DNA of 64,000 nucleotides from an uncultured Spirochaetota bacterium (GCA_963827275.1 CAWHAA010000002.1:224001-288000), one strand, 5' to 3'; positions 50,454 through 60,758 are shown, counted from the stretch's first letter. Notes: a model not told the origin generated them from the letters alone. Made by a program: numbers and translations.

Positions 50454-51734
50454 ATGGATACGGGCAGAATGACGCGCAGGGGCTTCATCGGAATCTCGGC
50501 AGCTGCGGTGCTTGGACCGGCCGCGGTTTCCGGCCTGTCGGGGTGCGGGCCGGTCGTGACCGGGTCCGATTGCCTGTCAAAGCCGGGCGGAAAAAAACAA
50601 TCATCAGGGAAAAAGGCGTTCGAGGCTACATCGATCGGTCCCATCAGGCTGAAGAACAGGATCATCCGCTCCGCGGTTACCATGAACAGAGTTGATGCCG
50701 AAGGTCGGCCGAAAAAGAACCTGCTCAGCCATTACGCGGACATTGCAAGGGGCGGAGCCGGGGCGATCATTACGGGGATGATAGACACCGGCATGATGAT
50801 TAATGATTTTCGCTATAAGGAAGAGCACTTCACGGCCTATAAAAAGGTCCCTGACATCATACACTCGTTCAATGTGCCGGTGATCCAACAGATATCCCAC
50901 GAGGGCCGGCAGCACAGCCTTGACAGGCCCGGCAATTTTTTCGTTGATGAGGTGAGCGAGACGCAGATCGAGGAATTCATCGGAATGTTCGTGAAGGCCA
51001 TCGAGATATCGAAGCGGCTCGGGTTCGACGGTGTCCAGCTCCACGGAGCCCATGGCTATGCCCTTTCGGAATTCCTTTCACCGGCGCGCAACACCCGCGG
51101 TGATACGTGGGGAGGCTCGACAGAAAACCGGTTCCGGGTCATAAGGGAGATATTTCAACGCGCCCGGAAGAAGGTGGGGGACTACCCGCTACTCATCAAG
51201 ATCAACGCGTACGACAACCGGAGAAACGGGATGCGGGTTGATGAAGCGGTGCGTATCGCCCGCCTTCTTGAAAACGAGGGATGCGCCGGAATCGAGGTCT
51301 CCTGCGGCGTGATGGACGACGGGTTCAGCACCGTCCGGGTGCCGGTGGTGCCGGTGGACGCGATAATCGAATTTTCAAAATACAGGAGGCTCCCGTCTCC
51401 GGTCAGGGCCGTTTTTCCCGCGGTTGCGCCCCTCGTGGCACCGAGGTTTGAGCCACTGATAAACTACAACGTTTGCGCTGCGGGGAAGATCGCAGCAGGG
51501 ACAACGATACCGGTCATCGTCGTCGGCGGAATCAGGAACATGGACGACATCAACACGATACTGGAGTCGGGATCGGCGGATTACGTGTCTATGGGCCGGC
51601 CGTTCATCATCGAGCCGGACATCGTGAACAGGCTGAAGACCGAACAGCACGCGAAGTCCGAGTGCATAAATTGCGGGTACTGTATCATGGCCGCCAACAG
51701 CGCTGAGGTGAGGTGCTTCTATGGGCAGTTGTAA
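50454..51734 (+). CDS. NADH:flavin oxidoreductase (Old Yellow Enzyme family) with Tat/lipoprotein signal
   Basis: TRRGFI..LSGC; LKNRIIRSA, GFDGVQLHGAHGY, FLSP..N.R.D.WGGS.ENR, MGRPFI.EPD, CINCGYC. Confidence 0.9.
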   Translation: MDTGRMTRRGFIGISAAAVLGPAAVSGLSGCGPVVTGSDCLSKPGGKKQSSGKKAFEATSIGPIRLKNRIIRSAVTMNRVDAEGRPKKNLLSHYADIARGGAGAIITGMIDTGMMINDFRYKEEHFTAYKKVPDIIHSFNVPVIQQISHEGRQHSLDRPGNFFVDEVSETQIEEFIGMFVKAIEISKRLGFDGVQLHGAHGYALSEFLSPARNTRGDTWGGSTENRFRVIREIFQRARKKVGDYPLLIKINAYDNRRNGMRVDEAVRIARLLENEGCAGIEVSCGVMDDGFSTVRVPVVPVDAIIEFSKYRRLPSPVRAVFPAVAPLVAPRFEPLINYNVCAAGKIAAGTTIPVIVVGGIRNMDDINTILESGSADYVSMGRPFIIEPDIVNRLKTEQHAKSECINCGYCIMAANSAEVRCFYGQL

Positions 51735-51753
51735 GAAACCGCACGGACGTTTC

Positions 51754-52653
51754 ATGACCGTGCCGCGCAGCGCTCTTTTCTTTTTACTACTTTTCCTCTC
51801 CTGCATCTCCCCTGCCATGGGCGGGGGAAACAGGGCCGACGACATCGCGCCGGGCGCGTGGCTCAGGGACGTGAAGGTCGGCTATGAAGCCGACGGCGTC
51901 GGGTACCAGGCCACGGTGCAGATCTATTTCCCGAAGGGGTATGCCGGCGGCAACGGGGCGAGGACCCTGATCGTGCTTCACGGCTACCGGCAGGCCCCGG
52001 CGGACTGGGAGACGCGCACCCCGATCGCGGAATACGCCGACCGCTACGGCCTGGTCCTCGTGTGCCCGGCCATGACCACCACCCTGTATGAATCGAAGTA
52101 TTATCCCGAGAGCGTGAACCGCTGGGCGCCTGTGCCGGGCGGCGAGTTTATTGCGGATATCCTGATCAGGTTCCTCAGAAAGAATTACGGGCTGGCAGGG
52201 GACCGGGAGAGGACCGGGATCTTCGGCATCTCTACGGGCGGCAGGGGCGCGCTCATGCTGGCGGCGCGGCACCCGAGGCTCTTCGGTGCGGCGGCGGGCC
52301 TGTCGGGCGACTACGATGCCTCGTCAATGAAGAACGACAGGATCCTCACCCTGGTGTTCGGGGCGTACGAGGAGCACCGCGAGCGCTGGGAGGACGAGGC
52401 GAACGTGCTGAAGAGGGCCGCTGCCCTGAAAAAGACCCCCGTCTATCTCGGGCACGGCGGCCGCGACAGGGTGGTGCCGCCGTCGCAGACAACGCTGCTC
52501 GCCGACTGCCTGAAAACGCTCGCTGAAGACGGCGGGGGCTACGAGCTGACCGTGGAGGAAGCCAAAAGCGCGGGCGCCGGCCATGACTGGCGGTACTGGG
52601 GCGGCCTGGTGCCCGAAGTGCTGGAATTTTTTGATGCGCGGCTTGAAAAGTAA
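51754..52653 (+). CDS. Exported alpha/beta-hydrolase esterase
   Basis: VLHG, nucleophile GISTG, HGGRD, GHDWRYW. Start uncertain (51721 or 51754). Confidence 0.85.
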   Translation: MTVPRSALFFLLLFLSCISPAMGGGNRADDIAPGAWLRDVKVGYEADGVGYQATVQIYFPKGYAGGNGARTLIVLHGYRQAPADWETRTPIAEYADRYGLVLVCPAMTTTLYESKYYPESVNRWAPVPGGEFIADILIRFLRKNYGLAGDRERTGIFGISTGGRGALMLAARHPRLFGAAAGLSGDYDASSMKNDRILTLVFGAYEEHRERWEDEANVLKRAAALKKTPVYLGHGGRDRVVPPSQTTLLADCLKTLAEDGGGYELTVEEAKSAGAGHDWRYWGGLVPEVLEFFDARLEK

Positions 52654-52658
52654 CGACG

Positions 52659-53165
52659 CTACTTCTGCTTTTTTTTCGAAGTGAAGATGCGCTCCCAGAA
52701 AGAGACCTCTTCATCCGACACTGCGGGGTTATCCTCTTTTTCTTCCGGGGCCTTTTCCTTCTGCTCGTCCTCGATCGTTCTGGTGACGAATTCGGCGAAT
52801 TTTTCGCTCGTCATGGTTTTCGCGCTGAAGCGGTTGACATAAAAGAGGATGTCCTTGTCCGAGGTGACCACGGTGGACATCTTCGGGTTCAGGTCCTTCT
52901 TGATGAATTCCTTTATGAGGAAGTCCGCGGAGTAATCAATCGAATAATAGACGTCGATGGTGCCGACCCGCTCGCTGCGGACGGTTTTCGCCGGCCCCTT
53001 CCTTCCGTCAAACACGACCCGGATTTTCGATTTTTTCAGCTTCTGGAACTCCTTGAGCCGGTCGAGCAGGCCGGCGCGCGCGTCATCGAGCCTGCCGGTG
53101 AGCATCAGCCCCTCGAGGTCGGGAAACTTGTACATGAGGTTGAACCCGTCGATCAGGAGTATCAT
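52659..53165 (-). CDS. NYN-domain (YacP/Rae1-like) ribonuclease
   Basis: LIDGFN, VVFDG, SADFLI, VVTSD. Confidence 0.88.
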   Translation of the reverse strand: MILLIDGFNLMYKFPDLEGLMLTGRLDDARAGLLDRLKEFQKLKKSKIRVVFDGRKGPAKTVRSERVGTIDVYYSIDYSADFLIKEFIKKDLNPKMSTVVTSDKDILFYVNRFSAKTMTSEKFAEFVTRTIEDEQKEKAPEEKEDNPAVSDEEVSFWERIFTSKKKQK

Positions 53166-53174
53166 GGAACGCTT

Positions 53175-54363
53175 CTACAACTGCTTCACGTACCGGTCGA
53201 TCCGCAGCATCGATTCCCTGATGTTGTCCATCGAGGTAGCGTAGGAGCAGCGGATATTGTATTCACCGCATTCACCGAACGCCCTCCCCGGCACCACCGC
53301 GACTTTTTCTTTCTGGAGGAGGCCCAGGGCGAATTCCCTGCCGGTCAGCCCGGTGGACGATATGTCCGGGAACACGTAGAAGGCGCCTTCGGGGAGAAGG
53401 CACGGCAGGCCCGATCTCGTTGAACCTGCTCGAGATGAAGTTCCTCCGCCTGATGTACTCGTTTTTCATCTGGAGGACGTCCTTCGCTCCCCTGGTGAGG
53501 GCCTCGATCGCCGCGTACTGGGCCATGGAGGAGGCGCACAGGGCGGTGTACTGGTGGATCTTCATCATGATGTCGGTGATGAATTTCGGGCCGGCCACGT
53601 ACCCGAGGCGCCAGCCGGTCATGGCGTGGGACTTGGAGAAGCCGTTCAGGTAGATGGTGCGCGATTTCATTTCGGGGATCGCCGCGATGGAAAAATGGCG
53701 CCCCTCGTACGTGAGTGAGCAGTATATCTCGTCGCTGATGACGATGAAGTTGTGCCGCATCGCCAGCTCGGCGATCCTTTCCAGCGTGTCCCTGTCGATC
53801 GTCGCGCCTGTCGGGTTTGACGGGTAGCTCAGGATTATCGCCTTTGTCCTGGGCGTGATCGCCTTTTTCAGGAGATCGATGTCGATCTTGAACCGGTCCT
53901 TCTGGTAGGTGGGGACTATGACCGGCGTCCCGTGGAGAAGTGTCACGTTTGCCGTGTACGATACATAGCAGGGCTCGAAGATGATCACCTCGTCGCCGGG
54001 ATTGATGATGCTCCGCAGCGCAAGGTCGAGGCCCTGGCTCACGCCCAGCGTGACGATCAGCTCCGAGTCGGGGTCGAAGGTGACATCGTAATCTGCCGCG
54101 AGGTAGCGGACGATCAGGTCGCGCAGCTCGGGGAGGCCGCGGTTCGGGGTGTAGTGGGTGTTGCCGTCCTTGATCGCGTATATGCCGCTGTCGGCAATCC
54201 GCCAGGGCGTGGTGAAGTCGGGCTCGCCGACGCCCAGGGATATGCAGTCCGGCGTCGAATAGACAATGTCGAAGAATTCACGTATGCCTGACGGGGGAAT
54301 GGCGCTGCCGGTCCGTGAAACAAGGTTTTCGGGGCTGTTGTGCTGTACCAGTTTTAATTTCAT
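53175..54363 (-). CDS. PLP-dependent aminotransferase class I/II; frameshift near 53410
   Basis: PPSGIR, LGVGEPDF, PSNPTG, SDEIY, GFSKSHAMTGWRLG; continues after one extra base as PEGAFYVFP..VPGRAFG..IRCSYA. Confidence 0.92.
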
Positions 54364-54416
54364 AGTGTTACTCCCGGGCCTTCACTTACTCTGCCGCATC
54401 AGGGGCGGGCCGGCGG

Positions 54417-54875
54417 TCACCCCTCCTTTTTCAGCGGAAAGTTTTCCATCATTATCAGATGTTCTGATTCAGTAAAGCCAAATTTTCTGAAAAATTCGTA
54501 GAAATCCGCGTCCCCGGCGGGGACTTCCGCCCTGATCCGGGGACAGTTCCGTTCCGCCATTGATTGCCTGAAGGCGTTCAGGAGGTCTTCCCTGACGCCG
54601 GCGCCATGGAAGGGGGAGGCGCAGAGCCACCGGACGGTCACCGCCCCGCCGGTTTCGGCGTCTTCCGGGAACGCTATGAGAAAGCCCGCGACCCGCTTTT
54701 TGCATATCGCGACGAGGGAGACGTCAAGGCCGCGGACAAGGAGCTCGGCGAGGTCGCGCTCATTCCATCCACGGTCCGCGGTCCGGCCTGCGGGCGGAAG
54801 CGCGTCCCGCCCGAGGAGGAAGACGTCCCTCAGGTCATCGATCCGCATCGGCCGTATCTCGGTCCCCCGCTTCAT
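54417..54875 (-). CDS. GNAT-family acetyltransferase (divergent)
   Basis: IRPMRIDDL, VAGFL, FHGAGV, FFRKFGF. Confidence 0.75.
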   Translation of the reverse strand: MKRGTEIRPMRIDDLRDVFLLGRDALPPAGRTADRGWNERDLAELLVRGLDVSLVAICKKRVAGFLIAFPEDAETGGAVTVRWLCASPFHGAGVREDLLNAFRQSMAERNCPRIRAEVPAGDADFYEFFRKFGFTESEHLIMMENFPLKKEG

Positions 54876-56536
54876 TCCGTACCGGCCAGCCTCATGAGCT
54901 TCGGCTCGTGCTCCGCCTGGAGCACCACGTTGACTTTCTGGCGCCCCGGCGCCGGGTGGTCGGCGTTGAAGTGCAGGCCGATGCTGTCCCTCCGTGTCAT
55001 GGCGCTCTTGATTATGAGTTTTGCCACCGTCGCGAGGTTGCGCAGCTCGACGATGCGCCAGGTTATGGTGCTTTTCTTGTAATGGTCGTGTATGTCTTCG
55101 GCCAGCATCAGTATCCGCCGGTGCGCCTTCTGGAGCCGCTTGTCTGAGCGCACGATGCCGACGTAGTCCCACATGAGCCGCTTCACGTCCTCGATGTCGT
55201 GCTGGACCAGCACCCACTCCTCCAGGTCGAACGTTCCCTCCTTGCTCCAGTCGGGGAACTCCGGCATGGACCCCGCGCGGTCGAAATCGCCGAGGTTCCC
55301 GGCGGCCCGCAGGTAGGCCTGGTGGGAAAAGACGATCCCCTCGAGCAGGGAATTGCTGGCGAGCCGGTTCGCGCCGTGCACGCCGGTGCAGGACGATTCG
55401 CCCGAGACGTAGAGGTTCTCGATCGAGGTCTTGCCGTTCAGGTCGCTTACCACGCCGCCGCAGAGGTAGTGGGCGGCAGGCACGACCGGGATCGGCTCCT
55501 TTGAAATGTCAATCCCCTCTTCCAGGCACCTGGCGTAGATGTTCGGGAAGCGTTGCATCAGGAATTTTTTGCTCTTCGAGGTGATGTCCAGGTATACGTT
55601 GCTGACCCCTGATTTTTTCAGCTCCATGTCGATTGTCCGCGCCACGATGTCCCTGGGCGCGAGGTCTTTCAGCGGGTGCACGCGGTCCATGAAGCGCTCC
55701 CCCCTGGCGTTGACGAGGACGGCGCCCTCGCCGCGCACTGCCTCGCTGATGAGAAAGCGGGGTCCGCCCGCCTTCGGCAGGTAGAGGGCGGTGGGGTGGA
55801 ACTGAATGAACTCCATGTCGGCGATCAGGGCCCCGGCGCGGTAGGCCATGGCGATGCCGTCGCCAGTCGCGATATCGGGATTGGTGGTGTGAAGGTACAC
55901 CTGGCCGACGCCGCCCGTCGCCAGCAGGGTCATCTTCGCGTTAAAGGTATTGACCATGCCGGTGGTATTATCGAGGATATAGGCGCCGTAGCAGTGGGTG
56001 CCGTGCCGCCGTTTTCTTCTGAGCCGCAGCTGGTGCTCGGTCAGCAGGTCGACGCCGGTGTGGTCCTCGAAGAGCTGAATGTTCGGGATCTCCGAGACCT
56101 TCTGTAATAACGCCCGCTCGACTTCCTGCCCGGTGAGGTCGCGGGCATGAACGATGCGGTTCATCGAATGACCGCCCTCGCGTCCGAGGTCGAGGACGTT
56201 CCCGCCGCCGGGCCGTTTTTTTTCAGAGAAGTGCGTGCCCCACTCTATGAGCTCCAGTATCCGTTCCGGGCCGGAGCGGACCAGGAGATCGACCGCCTTG
56301 CGGTTGCCGAGCCCGGCGCCGGCCTTCATCGTGTCTTCGATATGCTTATCGAATGAATCGGTCGGGGAGAGGACCGAAGCGATGCCGCCCTGCGCGTAGT
56401 TGGTGTTGGAGTCGGACTCCTTTTTCTTGGTGACGATGTTCACCGTCCCGATGCGGGACGCCTTGATGGCGAAGGCCAGCCCGGCGATGCCGCTCCCGAT
56501 GATCAGGAAATCGGATTTAAAGGTTTTTGGCCGCAT
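54872..56536 (-). CDS. nadB: L-aspartate oxidase
   Basis: GSGIAGL, YAQGGIA, REGGHS, FIQFHPT, LISEAVRGEG, LAPRDIVAR, PAAHY, GVHGANRLASNSLLE. Confidence 0.97.
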   Translation of the reverse strand: MRPKTFKSDFLIIGSGIAGLAFAIKASRIGTVNIVTKKKESDSNTNYAQGGIASVLSPTDSFDKHIEDTMKAGAGLGNRKAVDLLVRSGPERILELIEWGTHFSEKKRPGGGNVLDLGREGGHSMNRIVHARDLTGQEVERALLQKVSEIPNIQLFEDHTGVDLLTEHQLRLRRKRRHGTHCYGAYILDNTTGMVNTFNAKMTLLATGGVGQVYLHTTNPDIATGDGIAMAYRAGALIADMEFIQFHPTALYLPKAGGPRFLISEAVRGEGAVLVNARGERFMDRVHPLKDLAPRDIVARTIDMELKKSGVSNVYLDITSKSKKFLMQRFPNIYARCLEEGIDISKEPIPVVPAAHYLCGGVVSDLNGKTSIENLYVSGESSCTGVHGANRLASNSLLEGIVFSHQAYLRAAGNLGDFDRAGSMPEFPDWSKEGTFDLEEWVLVQHDIEDVKRLMWDYVGIVRSDKRLQKAHRRILMLAEDIHDHYKKSTITWRIVELRNLATVAKLIIKSAMTRRDSIGLHFNADHPAPGRQKVNVVLQAEHEPKLMRLAGTE

Positions 56537-57317
56537 TGCTCACTATCTCCATGAAGTTTTCATACACCGCGCCGGCGATCCGCTCGACCGGCTCGCCCCG
56601 GAGGCCGGCGATGTAGCGGTAGGTGTGGATGATATATTCCGACCTGTTCTTTTTCCCGCGCAGCGGAACGGGTGCCAGGAAGGGCGCGTCGGTCTCAACG
56701 AGCAGGCGGTCGAGCGGCACGTAAGCCGCGGATTCGTGGAGCGCCGTTGCGCTCCGGTAGGTGACGTTTCCTGCGAAGGAGAGGTAGAACCCGAGGTCCA
56801 GCACCTTCCGCGCCGCTTCGCGGTCGCCGGAGAAGCAGTGCATGATCCCGGCGGTCCCCGGGTACTCGCTCAGGAGCGCCAGCGTTTCATCCATCGCGTC
56901 GCGGGAATGCACGATGACCGGGAGGCCGAGACGGTTGGCCAGGGCGATCTGGAAGCGGAAGGAGCGCTCCTGCGTCCCGGGGTCCTGGCGCTTCCGGTAG
57001 AAGTCGAGGCCGCATTCGCCGATGCCGAAGAGAAGGCGCGCGTCTTCGCCGCGGGCGGTCCGTTCCGCCAGGTCGCCTATTTCACGGAGGTCGTCGTCGC
57101 CGGCTGGCGACGACGGGTGTATGCCGATGGAGAAGAGGACTCCCCGGGCGGCATGCCGCTTCGCGAAACCGAGGGACCACCGCGCGCTTGCCGTATCGAT
57201 CGATACCTGGACGACCCGCCGTATCCCGTTTGCGGCCGCCTGTTCCATGAGCGCGTCTTCTGTCACATTGGTTTCTTCAAGGGCAAGGTCGAAATGTGCG
57301 TGGGAGTCGATATACAT
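56517..57317 (-). CDS. tatD: TatD-family hydrolase
   Basis: DSHAH, GIHP, IGECGLD, VHSRDA, MHCFSG, VETDAP. Confidence 0.95.
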   Translation of the reverse strand: MYIDSHAHFDLALEETNVTEDALMEQAAANGIRRVVQVSIDTASARWSLGFAKRHAARGVLFSIGIHPSSPAGDDDLREIGDLAERTARGEDARLLFGIGECGLDFYRKRQDPGTQERSFRFQIALANRLGLPVIVHSRDAMDETLALLSEYPGTAGIMHCFSGDREAARKVLDLGFYLSFAGNVTYRSATALHESAAYVPLDRLLVETDAPFLAPVPLRGKKNRSEYIIHTYRYIAGLRGEPVERIAGAVYENFMEIVSNAAKNL

Positions 57318-57444
57318 GACACTCCTCGGTGAGTAATGCTTCTGTCTCTGTATAGGGAGCGGGGCCATAATTGCAAGAATAAAATACGCGATTAATTGGT
57401 TGAAATTTTTTCATCTGACGGTAGCATGTGCATGCGAGGGGCGT

Positions 57445-58095
57445 GTGAAATTATTCGTTATCGGCGACATCCACGGTGAAAAAAAGTACATCGGCGCGGC
57501 GTCCGGGATGATCGGCTCGGCCGATCTGGTGGTGCTGTGCGGTGATCTCGCGCGATCGGGCTCGCGCTCGAGCGCCGAGGAGGTGCTGTCGGAAATCGAA
57601 CGCTATTCGCGTTCAATCGTCGCTGTGCACGGCAACTGGGACGGGGACGATGTCCGCTCGCTGCTCAACGCCAGGGGCTACAGCGTGCACGGCAAGGGCC
57701 GGATCATAGACGGGGTCGGCTTTTTCGGCGTGGGCGGCTCGAGCCAGACGCCGATGAATACTGCCAGCGAATATTCAGAAGAGGAGATTGCCGGGTTCCT
57801 CGACGATGGATACCGCTCGGTCGCGGCTGCCGGGAAAAAGGTCCTGGTGACACACGCCCCGCCGCGCCAGGTGCGCGACCGCACCTTCCTGGGGCTCCAT
57901 GGAGGGAGCAGGGCGGTGCGGGACTTCCTGGACGGCGCGGCCGTTGACCTGTGCCTGGCGGGGCATATACACGAAGCCTACGGCGCGGAGCGGTACCATG
58001 AGTGTCTCGTCGTGAATTCCGGCTCCTTTAAAAAGGGAAGATATTCCTCGATAACTCTGGGGGAGACGGTAACGGTGGACCAGGGCAAGCTTTGA
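57445..58095 (+). CDS. Calcineurin-like metallophosphoesterase
   Basis: GDIHG, GD, GNWD, THAPP, GHIHE. Confidence 0.9.
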   Translation: MKLFVIGDIHGEKKYIGAASGMIGSADLVVLCGDLARSGSRSSAEEVLSEIERYSRSIVAVHGNWDGDDVRSLLNARGYSVHGKGRIIDGVGFFGVGGSSQTPMNTASEYSEEEIAGFLDDGYRSVAAAGKKVLVTHAPPRQVRDRTFLGLHGGSRAVRDFLDGAAVDLCLAGHIHEAYGAERYHECLVVNSGSFKKGRYSSITLGETVTVDQGKL

Positions 58096-58158
58096 TCACT
58101 TCTGGCGGATGCGTTTCCGCGATGGGCGCCATCGGGCGGACCGTGCGGGCAATACTGA

Positions 58159-58536
58159 ATGACCATGGAGGTGCCGCTTGTGACGGCGAGTGAAGAACGG
58201 CGGCGATACCACAGGGTAGAGAACGATTTCAATGTCAGGATAGCGCGCGAGGTCCGGGCGAACCAGTTCAAGGACCTTGTTATCGACACCGGGCGGTCGA
58301 TCAATGTCAGCGCAAGCGGCATGTCGGTGCACATCAGGGAGCGTCTCGACCCCCGCGAACTCGTGCGGGTGACCTTTTTAAAGCCGAATACCTTTGAGTT
58401 TTTCGAGGGGCTCGCGCGCGTGATCAGGGTGGAGGAGAAGAAAGACAGTACCTTCACGGTGGGGCTGCATTTTTTTAATCTGTCGACATCTGAGATGAAC
58501 AACCTGGATTACTATATCAGCTTATGCGGTCACTAA
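58159..58536 (+). CDS. PilZ-domain c-di-GMP receptor
   Basis: ERRRYHR (RxxxR) and NVSASG ([D/N]xSxxG); GLHF. Confidence 0.88.
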   Translation: MTMEVPLVTASEERRRYHRVENDFNVRIAREVRANQFKDLVIDTGRSINVSASGMSVHIRERLDPRELVRVTFLKPNTFEFFEGLARVIRVEEKKDSTFTVGLHFFNLSTSEMNNLDYYISLCGH

Positions 58537-58575
58537 CGTCCCCCGCGCGCAGGCGGCCGGCGGGCCCGGCGCTCG

Positions 58576-58926
58576 TCATGTTCCCTTCACTGATATGTGT
58601 TTCATGGTCCTGACGATCGTTTCCAGCGCCTTGAATGACGCCACCTGCCATTTTGAGCTCCTGTCGTAGGTAATGGTGGACGTGATGCCGCTCTCTTCAA
58701 GGCTCTTTATGAGCAGGATAATCGGCGGTACGGTGGACGAGTTCATGTATTTCAGCTTTTCGAACCTGATTTCGAGCGCCCTGTCTTTCAGCCTTTCGAA
58801 TATGCTTTTAAAATACGGGTTGATGATCGACGAGGGGTCCCGGGCTTCGCTTTTACCGCTCCACGTTATCGTATTTATCTCTCCTTCCGCGAGGGTTATT
58901 TCAAGATCATTGTCCTTCAAGTTCAT
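58576..58926 (-). CDS. SiaC-like (DUF1987) STAS-fold phosphoprotein
   Basis: GKSEARDP..P.F, LKYMNSST, ITYD resemble SiaC GES..N..F..P / YFNTSS. Confidence 0.7.
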   Translation of the reverse strand: MNLKDNDLEITLAEGEINTITWSGKSEARDPSSIINPYFKSIFERLKDRALEIRFEKLKYMNSSTVPPIILLIKSLEESGITSTITYDRSSKWQVASFKALETIVRTMKHISVKGT

Positions 58927-58991
58927 ACAACCGCTCCTGTCGTATCGTGGGTGATGTGGATCATTGTGCGAGAGGGCGGCCCCTTCCGCGA

Positions 58992-59477
58992 TCATTCATA
59001 GGTACGCTCAGCCAGCACTGTTAGTATGCCATCGCGATAGGTACAGTCAAGCGTAAATTCCCCCTCATACGCTATCCGGTACAGGCCAAGCTGGCTCTCT
59101 CCGGGCCGGGGGTCTTCCATCAGCTGCTGGAGGCGCTCGGTATACAGGGCGCCCGGGTCGTCACTGGACTTGATACGCTCGATGTTCGTCCGCACACGGA
59201 GAGCGTCGTCTTCATCCCTGACGCCGTTGGAGACCCTGATCTGCACCCTGTCTGAATCGGCGCCCAGGTCAAAGTGGATGGTGGCGGTGCCGGCGGCGGA
59301 TGAACCGTATTTTATCGAGTTTTCAACAAGTTCCACGGCGCACATGATGGTTGATTCGACGACGTCATGCGCGGCGCCCTTCTGTTTCATGAAGGATTCC
59401 GTTTTGTCACGGACTTCCCTCAAAATGCTCCATGTCGGGGTTATGGATAGACTGATTGTCACTTCATCATGCTGCAT
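58992..59477 (-). CDS. SiaB/RsbW-like GHKL protein kinase
   Basis: ELVENSIKYG N-box, VSNG, ESQLGLYRI. Confidence 0.72.
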   Translation of the reverse strand: MQHDEVTISLSITPTWSILREVRDKTESFMKQKGAAHDVVESTIMCAVELVENSIKYGSSAAGTATIHFDLGADSDRVQIRVSNGVRDEDDALRVRTNIERIKSSDDPGALYTERLQQLMEDPRPGESQLGLYRIAYEGEFTLDCTYRDGILTVLAERTYE

Positions 59478-59768
59478 GTGTCGTTTACCAGGCTGACATG
59501 GTCCGTAACGGTGTGAACGGCTTGCGTCACTGCCACACACCATGCCGTTTATATATAGATATACATATTTACCGCGTAGTCAATACAAATATTTGAATAT
59601 GAGGGCACAATGATCTGCCGGCGATACCGGTCGGGACGATCGATGCTGAAAAATCGGGAGAATTTTCCCGGATATGCGGATTACGGCATCACGCAAAGGA
59701 AAAATATTTTTTTAATGAGATAATTAATTTGACAATTTTGCACTCCGCAATAATTATCTTATTTCGAT

Positions 59769-60758
59769 ATGAATTCCCTCAAAAGAAAAGATCTTCTTGA
59801 TATCCAGTCGTTATCAATAGAGGAGATTCTTTTAATCTGCCGATCGGCAAAATATTTCAAGGACATATTCACCCGTTCAGTCAAAAGCGTCCCGATTCTG
59901 CGGGGAAAGACCGTGTGCACGCTCTTTTACGAGCCATCGACACGGACCCGTCTCAGCTTCGAGCTGGCGGCAAAGCGGCTGTCAGCCGATCTGATAAATT
60001 TTTCCGTATCGACGTCCAGCGTCGTCAAGGGGGAATCGCTGATCGATACTGTCCATACCCTTGAAGCCATGAAAGTGGATTATATCGTAATGAGACATGC
60101 GGCGTCAATGGCGCCGCATTTTTTATCTCGTAACATCAACGCATCGGTCATCAACGCGGGAGACGGGTTCCACGCGCACCCGACCCAGGCGTTGCTGGAC
60201 GCCTATTCGATCATGGAGCACCTGGGGCGTCTTGCCGCCGGCAGCCTCGAGGGCCTCAACATCGGCATCATCGGCGACATCAAGCATTCCCGGGTGGCAC
60301 GCTCGGACATTGAGATATTTAAAAAGCTGGGCGCCAACGTGACCCTGTGCGGCCCGCCCACCCTGGTGCCTGACAACTTCGCCCTCTACGGCGTCAATAT
60401 CAGCTACAATCTGGACGACCTGCTGCCCGACCTTGACGTGGTCAATCTCCTGAGGATACAGAAGGAGCGCCAGAAAGGCTCCCTTCTCCCGTCGCTGCGG
60501 GAATACCACCGCCAGTTCGCCCTGACCACAGAGCGGTTCCGCATGTGCCGGGACGATGTCATCGTCATGCACCCCGGACCGGTGAACCGCGGGATCGAAA
60601 TCGACGACGCGGTCATGAACAGCCCGAAAGCGATTATCAACGAGCAGGTGACCAACGGGGTCGCGGTGCGGATGGCCCTCTTCTATCTCCTGGCCGGCGG
60701 CGCGCCGTTCGAGGAAATGAACGAGGAACAGCGAGGTACGATTGAAAATAGTAATTAA
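59769..60758 (+). CDS. pyrB: Aspartate carbamoyltransferase catalytic subunit
   Basis: FYEPSTRTRLSFE, KGESL.DT, NAGDG..HPTQALLD, GDIKHSRVARS, LRIQKER, MHPGPVNRG. Confidence 0.98.
   Translation: MNSLKRKDLLDIQSLSIEEILLICRSAKYFKDIFTRSVKSVPILRGKTVCTLFYEPSTRTRLSFELAAKRLSADLINFSVSTSSVVKGESLIDTVHTLEAMKVDYIVMRHAASMAPHFLSRNINASVINAGDGFHAHPTQALLDAYSIMEHLGRLAAGSLEGLNIGIIGDIKHSRVARSDIEIFKKLGANVTLCGPPTLVPDNFALYGVNISYNLDDLLPDLDVVNLLRIQKERQKGSLLPSLREYHRQFALTTERFRMCRDDVIVMHPGPVNRGIEIDDAVMNSPKAIINEQVTNGVAVRMALFYLLAGGAPFEEMNEEQRGTIENSN

Noticed and set aside
50365..50473. 12-bp direct repeat GGGCAGAATGAC upstream of and within the OYE start
   Set aside because: Short, only two copies and no element between them; likely chance or trivial duplication.
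59480..59768. PyrR attenuator upstream of pyrB
   Set aside because: No PyrR-binding loop or terminator/antiterminator recognised, and no pyrR in the window.
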